From the NCBI RefSeq assembly GCF_006345805.1, contig NC_042999.1, forward strand, positions 124,186,001-124,250,000: a stretch of 64,000 nucleotides of DNA, in the 5' to 3' direction. The DNA comes from Octopus sinensis. Taxonomy: Eukaryota. Below are positions 24,879-35,697 of the stretch, piece after piece. Under the pieces are notes generated by a model, which was not told the origin of the DNA, did not search any database, and was given only the letters and a program-made list of their open reading frames with translations. Both the position numbers and the translations under genes were made by a program. Each line of letters starts with the position of its first letter. Position 1 is the stretch's first letter.

Positions 24879-26593
24879 TCGTCATCATCATCATCGTTTA
24901 ATGTCCGTTTTCCATGCTAGCATGGGTTGGACAGTTCGACTGGGATCTTGAAAGCCAGGAGGCTGCACCAGACTCCAGTCAGAGCCGGCAATGTTTCTAC
25001 AGCTGGATGCCCTTCCTAATGCCAACCACTCCGAGAGTGTAGTGGGTGCTTTTTACATGCCACCAGCACAGGGGCCAGAGGGGGCTGGAATCAACCACAA
25101 TCAGATGGTGTTTTTTACATGCCACCAGCATGGGAGCCAGTCAAAGCAGTGCTAGCATCGACCATGTTTGGATGGTGCTTTTAATGTGCCACTGTCACAG
25201 AAGCCAGTTAGGGCGAGGGGGTTGTCATCAACCACGCTCAGATGGTGCTTTTCACATGCCACTTGCACAGGGACCACAGCTACAACTTCCATTTGATTGG
25301 GATTTGATTTCATTTTGATGTTGATGTACTTGACTCAATAGGTCTCCTCAAGCCCGGAATGTCGCCCTATGATCCAGGGGTACTTTTTGAGTTGGCTGGT
25401 TGTGTGACACTAGTGTAGGTTACAGCTGTGATCTCACTTTATTTACCGGGTCTTCTCAGTCACAACATATCTCCAGAAATCGCTATCTTTTGTCATTTCC
25501 TCTGTGAGGCCCAACGTTCAAAGGGCATGCTTCACCACCTCATCCTATGTCTTCCTGAGTCTCCTTCTACCCCAGATTCCTTCCACTGTTAGGGAGTGGC
25601 ACTTTTTCACACAGCCCTCCTCATCTATCCCATAGTACATAACCATACCAATGCAAAAGTCTCTCTTGCATGCGACATCCAAAGCTTCTCATGTCCAATA
25701 TTTCTCTCAGGGTGCTTACACTTTGTCATGAGTGCACACTGACATTACACATCCAGCGGATCATGCTAGCTTAATTTCTTTTGTGCCTATGTATGTCTTC
25801 AGCAGTCATGGCCCATATTTCACTGCCATGAAGCATGGCAGTTCGCACACATGCATCATACAATCTACCTTTCAATCTGAGCGAGAGGCCCTTTGTCACC
25901 AGTAGGGGTAGAAGCTGTCTGAACTTTTTCTATCTAAAGCATTAACTTTTACCCTTGTAGCAGTTGATTATGGTGCTGCTACACCAGTCATTGGGTATGA
26001 CTCCATCATGAACTACCTGGTTTACAATACGGGTGACTAGGCCATAGCCCACACCACCAGATGTATTAAGCATCTCAGCAGTGATTCTTGTTGGGCCGGG
26101 GGCTTTTCCTGGCTTCATACCCTTAATTCCTTTATCTACCAGGGTGCTGTCTATTCAGATAGCAGGTCCCTCTACTGGGTCAACATTTGGCAGGCTCTCC
26201 TCCACCCATTCATTCTCCACATTCAGCAGCCTTTCATAATGGCTTCTCCAAGCCTCTTTCTTTTCTGAATCATTAAAAGCAAGTGCACCATCATCCATGT
26301 GGACACATTTCTCTCCTGTGACATCACAATTTTCTCTCACACACTGTCTTGCAAACTGAAATACTTCAGTTGTTTGGACCTCATGTCGCTGGACATTGGC
26401 AAACTTCTTCCTTTCTGCTTCACCCTTGACTATGTATACCGGTCACCCAGCCTCCCTTCTGGTTATCTGGTACAGTTCCTTGCTATCCCTACCCTTCCAG
26501 GCTTTCCAGGCCTGTTTCTTTGCTCTAATGGCTTTGTCTACCATATTATTCCACCACTACGTTACTCTAGGTCTGGAAGGGACTTTGCATCAT
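24879..26593 (-). mobile_element. RTE LINE copy with 3' UTR and tail, RT core deleted
   Basis: (CAT)n tail at 24879-24895, UTR repeats, C-terminus, then a jump at ~25930 to the pre-RT region (EAWRSHYERLLNVENEW, ORF 26155). Confidence 0.93.
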
Positions 26594-26619
26594 TCTATAT
26601 ATATATTTTTATATCTTTT

Positions 26620-26773
26620 TATTCTTTTACCCGTTTCAGTCATTTGACTGCAGCCATGCTGGAGCACTGCCTTTAGTCGAGCAAATCGACCCCAGGACTT
26701 ATTCTTTATAAGCATAGTACTTATTCTATCAGTCTCTTTTGCTGAACTGATAAGTTACAGAGACGTAAACACA
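26620..26773 (-). mobile_element. SINE family A, 3' part
   Basis: TTTCAGTCATTTGACTG...GCAAATCGACCCCAGGACTTATTCTTT. Confidence 0.88.
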
Positions 26774-27253
26774 TAGGAAAAGATACATTTTCCTATGTAA
26801 CCTTCTTTTGTTGTGTCAATAAATGAGAGTCAAAGACAAAGAGAAAATAGCGTTGAAGTTAATGAGTTTTTAATCCTTTCAAAGAATCTTTGCATTTAAA
26901 TTGAATATATTATGAATTATATTATATTATATATTATGCTATATTATTATACTATATTATATATCATATATTATGTATTATAAATGGGCAAATAATTTGA
27001 ATTTAAAATTCTGCCTTTTTAGTGTCAGTAAAAGTGATGGGTATTGAACTAGTAATAATGAAAATTTTCAAACAACAAGATTTATTAATGGAAATTGTTA
27101 TTCTTTAAAGTATTGTATGACTATTATACTATTGAATTTATCATTTGAATATGTTTGAATTAACATTTGCTTTTGTTTTAAGACATTAATTGTCTTTATT
27201 GCACATATATTTTTGTAGTTCCTACAACTCAGACTAAAATAAAGTACTTAGCC

Positions 27254-27297
<44 letters not shown>

Positions 27298-27827
27298 TGT
27301 GCATATACTTGCATACACATATGTATAATATGCAAGCATACATATATGCACATATTCATGCATGCATACATACATACATACATACATACATACATACAAA
27401 TACATAAATTCATATATATACAAGGACAATAAATTTAATTCTTATTTATTATTTTATTCTTTTCAATTTCTGTTCAAGCTTAGTTTTTTTTTGTTGTTTT
27501 TTTTCCTTTTTTAACACACAGAATGCATTGAATTATTTAAATCAACAGTTGAATAAACTAGTGGGGGAGATGAAAGGCAAAGTTGGTTTGATAGGTTTAT
27601 GACCTCAGAATATAAAAAGACAAAACCAAATCAAAATAGTGAAAGGCATTTAGTAAGTCACTTTATCCTCTTGGCACTAGAAGTTGCCAAAATTATTATG
27701 ATCTTCCATCAACAATTGATGAAGGGAATGTCCCTGCAGTATAAGCAATATATACATTATTATTTCTATGTCAGTAGATGTCTACATTTTGAATTCTATT
27801 TCTTGCATCATTATATAGTTGAGCCTC

Positions 27828-28249
27828 TGTGTGTGTGTGTGTGTGTGTGTGTGTATGCCTGTATGTATACATGTATGTATGTATGTCTGTATGTATGTAT
27901 GCATTTAAGTATGCACTTATGTATTTATGTATTTATGCATGTATGTATGTATGTATGTACTTATGTATGTACATATGTATGCATGTATGTATGCTTTTAT
28001 GTATGTACATATGTATGCATGTATGTATGTAGGTATGTATGTGTAAGTCCATATGAATCTATGTATGTGCATACTTGTATATGAATGTACATATACATAC
28101 ATATACATGTATGTACATATATATGTACGTATGCATGCATGTATATTATATATATGTAGATAGGTATGTTTGTATGTGTATATATGCATATGCATGTATA
28201 TGTATATATATGTATGCATATGTGTGTGTGTGTATATATATATACATAC

Positions 28250-28292
<43 letters not shown>

Positions 28293-28360
28293 GCTATGTG
28301 TGCATGTGTATGTCAGTGTATGTACACATGCATGCATACCTGCATATATGTATGTATACA
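27828..28360. repeat. Compound (TG)n/(TATG)n/(TA)n microsatellite
   Basis: Directly visible. Confidence 0.95.
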
Positions 28361-29369
28361 TGTAGAAAGTGGAAAGGGTGTAAATCCAATGATCATTGCC
28401 AACTGCTGAAGTATACACAGAGTTGAACCAGTTTATACAATTAGTGGCATAACACGGATCAATAAGACAAAAACAAAAAAAAAATCTACAAGTATTAACG
28501 TAGGAAGTAAATGAAATAAGGAGAATATCAGTAAAAGTTATCTCTGCCAACATCTCTGAATGAAAACATGAACCTGTGTAACCTAATCAGCACTGGGAAC
28601 AGAGCCAGTATTAATATAATGTCAAGAGTTTAAAGTGGTTGCAAGGTATGTTGAAAACTACTGCATTTCCTGAAGACAAAAGGTATTCACTCTGTACAAA
28701 AGGTAGATTATGCAGAAGTGCCAATATTTTATTCTGATTTGAGAGGACTCAATCTCAACACTGTAAACCATAAATGTACATGCCAACTGTCACTCTGGTG
28801 TGCTACTATAAAGCCATTCTCTCTCATCTTACCTGCTTTGCTGCTAGTTAAGTAGGACATGAAATGAATTAATGTTATATTTAAAGCAAGGTACAGAGCT
28901 TAGAGCTTTGCCAATCAAGAGATCGACCAATTATCCACTCAACTGCAAATGTTTGAATGTTTTCATAAGAAAACTAATGCTTTCTAGCTGCCAATTGTAA
29001 CTAGTATATACACCTATGACTTAAGAGTAAAGATTTAAGATTATTGTAATTGAAGTATCATATGTCACATGTGTAACATAAAAATTGAGTGACTATTATG
29101 AGAAACATCAAAGATTAGACACACATTTAGAATTGTGCATCTAGACTTTTCCACATATTTTACCAGCCCAATAAATTTAAATAATATATATAAAGAGAGA
29201 TAAATAGATAGAAAGATAGATAGAGAGATAGATCGATCGATAGGTAGATAGATAGATAGATAGAGAGAGAGGGGGGATGGTAAGGCAGCCAGCTGGCAGA
29301 ATCGCTAGCACTTTGGGCAAAATGTTTAGCAACAATGTCACAACCTCTACCAACAATGCAGCTACACAT

Positions 29370-29680
29370 ATGCAGAAATATGTCACAGCAACAAGGGGCT
29401 TCTTAAAGGCCAAGTTTAATAATCACAGATCTTCTTTTAGAATCCAAGATAGGCACAATGTTACAATTTTAACCAGATATATACGGCAATTAATAGAGGA
29501 AGCAAAGTTACTGGAACAGTATGAGCCATATCTGAATGGAAGTAAAAAATACTGGATCTGCTTAGCTGAGAGGAGAATCATTCTAAAAATTTCACACAAT
29601 CTGAGTACTTTTGTAAACTCAAAAAGTGATATTTTCAGATGCTGCCCTCACAAGTGAAAATTCATTTTGGTGGTCATGTT
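29370..29680 (+). pseudogene. Penelope-like element GIY-YIG endonuclease C-terminal relic
   Basis: KAKFNNHRSSF..TILTRYI..PYLNGSKKYWICLAE..VNSKSDIFRCCPHK matches the F.RY.NH..SF / C.LCL.EK / LN.R.E...C.H pattern of PLE endonucleases. Confidence 0.75.
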
Positions 29681-29789
29681 AAATTTTAAATTAGGAATGA
29701 CATGTATACATACACACACACACATACAGAGCTTATACACTTCATCTAAAGCAAACTCCAACTCATTTTTTTATTTCTGTTTTGTTACA

Positions 29790-29895
29790 TTGACCAGTGG
29801 CACATCGTGTCCCTGAACAAAACACTTCACTTCACATTGATCCAGTCCTGAAAAAATTAGCAATACCTGTAATACAAAAGGTCAGCCTTGTCACC
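29790..29895 (+). mobile_element. SINE family C fragment
   Basis: GTGTCCCTGAACAAAACACTTCAC...CCTGTAATACAAAAGGTCAGCCTTGTCACC; inverted relative to 30213-30310. Confidence 0.7.
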
Positions 29896-30059
29896 AACCC
29901 ATCCAGAGTTTATATATGCTGCAAACATACATGAAGTTATGTGCTTCTGTCCAGTATATCTGAAGAACTATCAGTATTGCCAAGATGCAATAATTGGCAT
30001 AAAACCAATGGTGACATTTGGACTAGTTATATGCCATAACCAGTAATATACTGGTTGAG

Positions 30060-30310
30060 TGGCACTCCATCGGTTACAATGACTAGGGTTCCAGTTGATT
30101 TGATCTGATCAACAGACCAGCCTACTTGTGAAATTAACATGCAAATGGCTGAGTGCTCCACAGACACTCATACCCTTAATGTAGTTCTCAAGGAGATTCA
30201 GCATGACACAGAAGGTGACAAGGCTGACCTTTTGTATTACAGGTGCTTTTCATTTTTGTTAGGTGAATGGACTGGATCAACGTGAAGTGTTTTGCTCGGG
30301 GATACAACAC
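30060..30310 (-). mobile_element. SINE family C, 3' body
   Basis: Homologous to 49965-50200 (CCCTTAA(T/C)GTAGTTCTCAAGGA, ATGACACA). Confidence 0.75.
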
Positions 30311-30704
30311 ACATACTGGTTGATAATAAATGTGTGTGTGTGTGTGTGTGTGTGCATGTGTGTGCACATGCACACGTGTGTGTACATGTGAATATGTAAA
30401 GTCATGATGTGTTACTCATAACGTTCTATATGATTCGCTCTAAGCTGTTTCATATCTCTGATGGATGAACATGCGTGGGTGTTCTTGTTAAGAAAGTAAT
30501 AATTAGTTGAAACATCAAACGGTTTGCATGTTCATTGAGAATTTAATTAGGCACTGTGTTGTTCCGAATGAACTGCAAGGGACTCATACTAAAATAGACA
30601 AAAATAGAAAAAAAAAGAAAACTAATTATAAAGTGAAAACTAAAACACAGTCGTGATCTCAATTCTGTGATTAAAAGCTATTCCATATGTGCAAACACAC
30701 ACAT

Positions 30705-30847
<143 letters not shown>

Positions 30848-30908
30848 TATTTACCTACATCTTGCTGACAAAACACTGACTCGAAAAATGACCAGCTAAG
30901 CGAATTTA

Positions 30909-31013
30909 ACTTACAACCTGTCATTCATATTCATTTTTTTAAGCGTTGATTCGTAACTCTAAATCCCGTTTCTCTATTATTTATTTCGCCATCTTGTATG
31001 CATGGCTTCCTGT
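30909..31013 (-). promoter_or_regulatory. Candidate minus-strand TSS/first exon (ETS-like plus YY1 motif, GTAAGT donor)
   Basis: Minus strand ACAGGAAG (31006-31013), AAGATGGCG (30987-30995), then GTT|GTAAGT at 30914-30909; locally CpG-retaining. Confidence 0.3.
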
Positions 31014-31049
31014 CTGTCATGCATTTTAAATTCCTCCTTTAATTTCAGT

Positions 31050-32344
31050 GTCATCCTGTTATTATTCCATCCCCAGAATTCACTACAATATTCTCTCTCT
31101 CTCCTATTAATATTATGTTTTAATCGAACCCCGAAGTTTCTAGATGTTCAGTAATTTCTGTCGCAGAAAATTCCCTACGTATTAACTTAAAACCTGTTGT
31201 TCCTTCGTCGTTATTCCTTTCCCCAAAGATACCCTAAATTCCCTACGAAATTTTTTCTCTCTCTCTTATTTATATTACGTTCTTCTCGAACCCCGAAGTT
31301 TCTAGATGTTCAGTAATTTCTGTCGCAGAAAATTCCCTACGTATTAACTTAAAACCTGTTGTTCCTTCGTCGTTATTCCTTTCCCCAAAGATACCCTAAA
31401 TTCCCTACGAAAAAATTTTTTCTCTCTCTCTTATCTATATTACGTTCTTCTCGAACCCCGAAGTTCCTAGATGTTCAGTAATTTCTGTCGCAGAAAATTC
31501 CCTACGTATTAACTTAAAACCTGTTGTTCCTTCGTCGTTATTCCTTTCCCCAAAGATACCCTAAATTCCCTACGAAATATTTTCTCTCTCTCTTATTTAT
31601 ATTACGTTCTTCTCGAACCCCGAAGTTCCTAGATGTTCAGTAATTTCTGTTGCAGAAAATTCCCTACGTATTAACTTAAAACCTGTTGTTCCTTCGTCGT
31701 TATTCCTTTCCCCAAAGATACCCTAAATTCCCTACGAAATTTTTTCTCTCTCTCTTATTTATATTACGTTCTTCTCGAACCCCGAAGTTCCTAGATGTTC
31801 AGTAATTTCTGTTGCAGAAAATTCCCTACGTATTAACTTAAAACCTGTTGTTCCTTCGTCGTTATTCCTTTCCCCAAAGATACCCTTAAATTCCCTACGA
31901 AATTTTTTCTCTCTCTCTTATTTATATTACGTTCTTCTCGAACCCCGAAGTTCCTAGATGTTCAGTAATTTCTGTTGCAGAAAATTCCCTACGTATTAAC
32001 TTAAAACCTGTTGTTCCTTCGTCGTTATTCCTTTCCCCAAAGATACCCTTAAATTCCCTACGAAATTTTTTCTCTCTCTCTCTTATTATATTACGTTCTT
32101 CTCGAACCCCGAAGTTCCTAGATGTTCAGTAATTTCTGTTGCAGAAAATTCCTACGTATTAACTTAAAACCTGTTGTTCCTTCGTCGTTATTCCTTTCCC
32201 CAAAGATACCCTAAATTCCCTACGAAATTTTTTCTCTCTCTCTTATTTATATTACGTTCTTCTCGAACCCCGAAGTTCCTAGATGTTCAGTAATTTCTGT
32301 TGCAGAAAATTCCCTACGTATTAACTTAAAACCTGTTGTTCCTT
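31050..32344. repeat. Tandem array of ~162-bp monomers (~8 units) immediately 5' of the RTE LINE
   Basis: CGAACCCCGAAG anchors at 31125, 31287, 31452, 31614, 31776, 31939, 32103, 32264; near-identical units, degenerate first unit. Confidence 0.97.
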
Positions 32345-32352
32345 GGAGGTGA

Positions 32353-32387
32353 CCCCGCCCTCCCACCTATCCACCAGAACCGGAAGT
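32353..32387 (+). promoter_or_regulatory. GC box plus ETS motif, candidate LINE internal Pol II promoter
   Basis: CCCCGCCC 32353-32360 and ACCGGAAGT 32379-32387 between the array and the ORF. Confidence 0.4.
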
Positions 32388-32496
32388 TTCTGTTTTCTAT
32401 CTTTCTTGACCCCCCCGCACCCCTATGTAGGGTTTATTGTGATCATATAGCGCAAAAACTGTGAAATTTATGCAGGTTGTAGTCTAGAGTCTCAGT

Positions 32497-32730
32497 ATGA
32501 TATCTGGCAAACGCAAGCTTTCTTTTCAGGTACATAACACTGCTGTCCCTCATCCCAGGGTCTCAGAGGCCCACACCTCCCACACCCTCAGGGTGGGCAC
32601 CCTCAACGTTGGCACATTGAAAGGTAGGTCTGGCGAGATAGTCGAGATGCTTGAACGGAGACGTGTTGATGTATGTTGTATGCAAGAAATAAGGTGGAGA
32701 GGAGGATCTGCTAGGGTCCTCACAGGTACA
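32497..32730 (+). pseudogene. N-terminal APE endonuclease segment, out of frame with the main ORF
   Basis: LRVGTLNVGTLKGR, DVCCMQEIRWRG APE motifs; frame changes near CTCACAGGTACAAG to YKIFWAGN..GVGIL. Confidence 0.9.
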
Positions 32731-32768
32731 AGATTTTCTGGGCAGGGAACACTGACGGGGTTGGTGGC

Positions 32769-35606
32769 GTGGGTATACTTATTGCTGAGAAATGGATAGA
32801 TAGAGTAATTGAGGTAATCAGAGTAAGTGACAGAATACTTAAGATTAGAATAGTGCTTCATAATAGATTAGCAACCATTATATCGGCCTATGCCCCTCAG
32901 CCAGGGCTACCCGATGGACAGAAAGACAGTTTCTATGACACCCTACTGCAGACCACCTCATCGACGAACGACAGGGACCTTCTCTTTGTGGCTGGTGATT
33001 TCAATGGGCATGTTGGACGACATGCTGGGGGCTTCCATGGCGTACATGGAGGCTACGGTTATGGTTCCCGCAACGAGGAGGGAACCAGGCTGCTGGAGTT
33101 CTGCGATGCGAATAGTCTTATGGTCTGCAACCCTAACTTCAGGAAACCAACAAGCCACCTGGTTACCTACCGATCGGGCCGGCATACTAGCCAAATCGAC
33201 TACATCCTTGCCAGAAAAAGGGAAAGATGGCTGCTTATAAATGCCAAAACCTTCCCAGGCGAAGAATGCACCCCACAACATAGACTGGTAGTTAGTGACT
33301 TTAGGATCAGGACTAAGAGGGCGACTAGAAGACGACCAACATGGAGAAGAAGGGTCTGGAAGCTTAAAGCCCCTGCGAATGGACAGAGATTTAGAGATAT
33401 GTTACTTGAAGCCTTTGACGAAGTGGAAGGGGGTATAGCTACACATGGGGTAGAAGACAACTGGATGTTTCTGAGGGACAACCTGCTGAAAGTCGCTGAC
33501 CAGATCTGTGGCTGGTGCAAAGTCCCCTTAAGACCCAAAATAACGTGGTGGTGGAACAATATTGTTGACAGGACTATTAGACAAAAGAAACAGGCTTGGA
33601 AGGCCTGGAAGAACGGTGGTAGCAGGGAAGGATATCAGACTGCCAGAAGGGAAGCTAGGAGACAGGTCTATCTAGCCAGAGGGGAAGCAGATAAGAGAAA
33701 ATTTGCCAATGTCCTGCGCCGTGAGGATGAAAGACTTGAGGTATTTCGTGTTGCAAGACAGTGTGTGAGAGAGAATCGTGATGTGGTAGGAGAGAAATGT
33801 GTTCGCATGGAGGATGGTTCACTTGCGCTAAATGAGGATGCAAAGAGAGAAGCTTGGAGACGCCACTATGAAAGGTTACTGAATGAGGAAAATGAATGGG
33901 ATAAAGAGAGTCTGCCGAATGTTGACCCTACAGAGGGACCAGCTATCCGAGTTGATAGTTCCGTGGTAGCTAAGGCAATTAGAAGCATGAAGACAGGGAA
34001 AGCCCCAGGCCCATCAGGAATTACTGCAGAGATGCTCAAAATATCTGGCAGTGTCGGCTATAACCTAGTCACCCGTATAGTCAACCAGGTGATACACGAA
34101 GGAGTCATACCCAATGACTGGTGCAGCAGCATACTAGTCAACTGCTACAAAGGTAAAGGTGATGCCCTAGATACAAATAATTACAGAGGTATCAAGCTGT
34201 TGGATCAAGTAATGAAGGTTACGGAGAGGGTCATAGCCCAACTAATTAGAGAGAGAGTTAGTTTAGATGAGATGCAGTTTGGGTTCGTGCCAGGGAAAAG
34301 TACCACTGATGCTATATTCCTGGTAAGGCAGCTGCAGGAGAAATACCTAGCCAAAGATAAGCCCCTGTACCTGGCTTTCGTTGACATGGAGAAAGCTTTT
34401 GATAGGGTTCCCCGATCCCTTATCTGGTGGTCAATGAGGAAACTAGGGATAGATGAATGGCTGGTGAGGACTGTGCAAGCCATGTACAGAGATGCCGTAA
34501 GTAAGGTTAGGGTTGGCAACATGTACACAGAAGAATTCAAAGTAGAGGTTGGGGTCCACCAGGGTTCAGTACTCAGCCCCCTCCTATTTATCATAGTACT
34601 CCAGGCAATTACGGAGGAATTCAAGACAGGCTGTCCCTGGGAGCTCCTCTACGCTGACGACCTTGCTCTTATTGCTGAGTCACTATCAGAACTGGAGGAG
34701 AAGTTCCAGGTGTGGAAGGAGGGTTTAGAATCAAGGGGCCTTAGAGTCAACCTAGCTAAAACCAAAGTACTAATAAGTAGAAAGGTAGACAATCCACAAA
34801 TATCTTCAGGAAGATGGCCCTGCTCGATCTGTAGAAAAGGTGTAGGTAGAAACTCTATAAGATGTACCCAGTGTAAGCTATGGACACATAAGAGGTGCAG
34901 CAATGTCAAAGGTAGGCTAACTGGGAAGATAGTTTTTGTATGTGGCAGATGCTCGGGAGCATTAACCTCCGAAAATCTGCAGAAAACAACTTCCGTCACT
35001 TTCCAGGGGGAAAAACTAGAAGTAGTTGATAGCTTCCGTTATCTAGGTGACCAAGTCAGTAGTGGGGGTGGGTGCACTGAAAGTGTAACTGCTAGAATAA
35101 GAATAGCCTGGGCAAAGTTTAGGGAGCTCTTACCTCTGCTGGTGACTAAAGGCCTCTCGCTCAGAGTAAAAGGCAGACTGTATGATGCGTGTGTACGAAC
35201 AGCCATGCTACATGGCAGCGAAACATGGGCCGTGACTGCTGAGGACATGCGTAAGCTCGTGAGGAATGAAGCCAGTATGCTCCGATGGATGTGTAATGTC
35301 AGTGTACATACTCGACAGAGCGTTAGCACCTTGAGAGAAATGTTGTACCTAAGAAGCATCAGTTGTGGTGTGCAAGAGAGACGATTGCGCTGGTATGGTC
35401 ATGTGGCGAGAATGGATGAAGATAGGTGTGTGAGAAAGTGCCAATCCCTAGCAGTTGAGGGAACCCGTGGAAGAGGTAGACCCAGGAAAACCTGGGACGA
35501 GGTGGTGAAGCACGACCTTCGAACTTTAGGCCTCACTGAGGAAATGACCAGAGACCGAGACCTTTGGAAATATTCTGTACGTGAGAAGACCAGGCAGGAC
35601 AAGTGA
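32769..35606 (+). CDS. RTE ORF remainder: APE endonuclease, reverse transcriptase, PHD finger, C-terminal domain
   Basis: ISAYAPQ, AGDFNGHVG, SQIDYIL, PQHRLV (APE); [42 protein letters not shown] (34650-34661), FRYLG; RRLRWYGHV, RGRGRPRKTW. Confidence 0.95.
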   Translation: MGILIAEKWIDRVIEVIRVSDRILKIRIVLHNRLATIISAYAPQPGLPDGQKDSFYDTLLQTTSSTNDRDLLFVAGDFNGHVGRHAGGFHGVHGGYGYGSRNEEGTRLLEFCDANSLMVCNPNFRKPTSHLVTYRSGRHTSQIDYILARKRERWLLINAKTFPGEECTPQHRLVVSDFRIRTKRATRRRPTWRRRVWKLKAPANGQRFRDMLLEAFDEVEGGIATHGVEDNWMFLRDNLLKVADQICGWCKVPLRPKITWWWNNIVDRTIRQKKQAWKAWKNGGSREGYQTARREARRQVYLARGEADKRKFANVLRREDERLEVFRVARQCVRENRDVVGEKCVRMEDGSLALNEDAKREAWRRHYERLLNEENEWDKESLPNVDPTEGPAIRVDSSVVAKAIRSMKTGKAPGPSGITAEMLKISGSVGYNLVTRIVNQVIHEGVIPNDWCSSILVNCYKGKGDALDTNNYRGIKLLDQVMKVTERVIAQLIRERVSLDEMQFGFVPGKSTTDAIFLVRQLQEKYLAKDKPLYLAFVDMEKAFDRVPRSLIWWSMRKLGIDEWLVRTVQAMYRDAVSKVRVGNMYTEEFKVEVGVHQGSVLSPLLFIIVLQAITEEFKTGCPWELLYADDLALIAESLSELEEKFQVWKEGLESRGLRVNLAKTKVLISRKVDNPQISSGRWPCSICRKGVGRNSIRCTQCKLWTHKRCSNVKGRLTGKIVFVCGRCSGALTSENLQKTTSVTFQGEKLEVVDSFRYLGDQVSSGGGCTESVTARIRIAWAKFRELLPLLVTKGLSLRVKGRLYDACVRTAMLHGSETWAVTAEDMRKLVRNEASMLRWMCNVSVHTRQSVSTLREMLYLRSISCGVQERRLRWYGHVARMDEDRCVRKCQSLAVEGTRGRGRPRKTWDEVVKHDLRTLGLTEEMTRDRDLWKYSVREKTRQDK

Positions 35607-35697
35607 GCCCAGCCCACTTATGAATGCCTTTCCTCCCTTGGACACAAAGACCGGTTGAGGCAAGCGAAGTCGATATAGAACCTCATCCGACAACAGA

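Noticed and set aside
27829-28553. Many overlapping ORFs rich in Y/I/C/V/M/H/T (also 11.7, 37.5, 40.6, 43.6, 53.6, 54.6, 55.4 kb)
   Set aside because: Translations of TA/TG/TATG microsatellites, which lack stop codons
29721-29731. CACATACAGAG as TSD partner for the flank after the RTE tail (~36430)
   Set aside because: Low complexity, and it would enclose unrelated old SINEs; no convincing TSD found, so the 5' end remains undefined
30463-30537. Possible pre-miRNA hairpin (ATGAACATGC...GCATGTTCAT)
   Set aside because: Only a 10-bp basal stem; upper stem has large bulges
31050-32344. CRISPR-like array
   Set aside because: Units are contiguous near-identical 162-mers with no unique spacers, no cas genes, eukaryotic context
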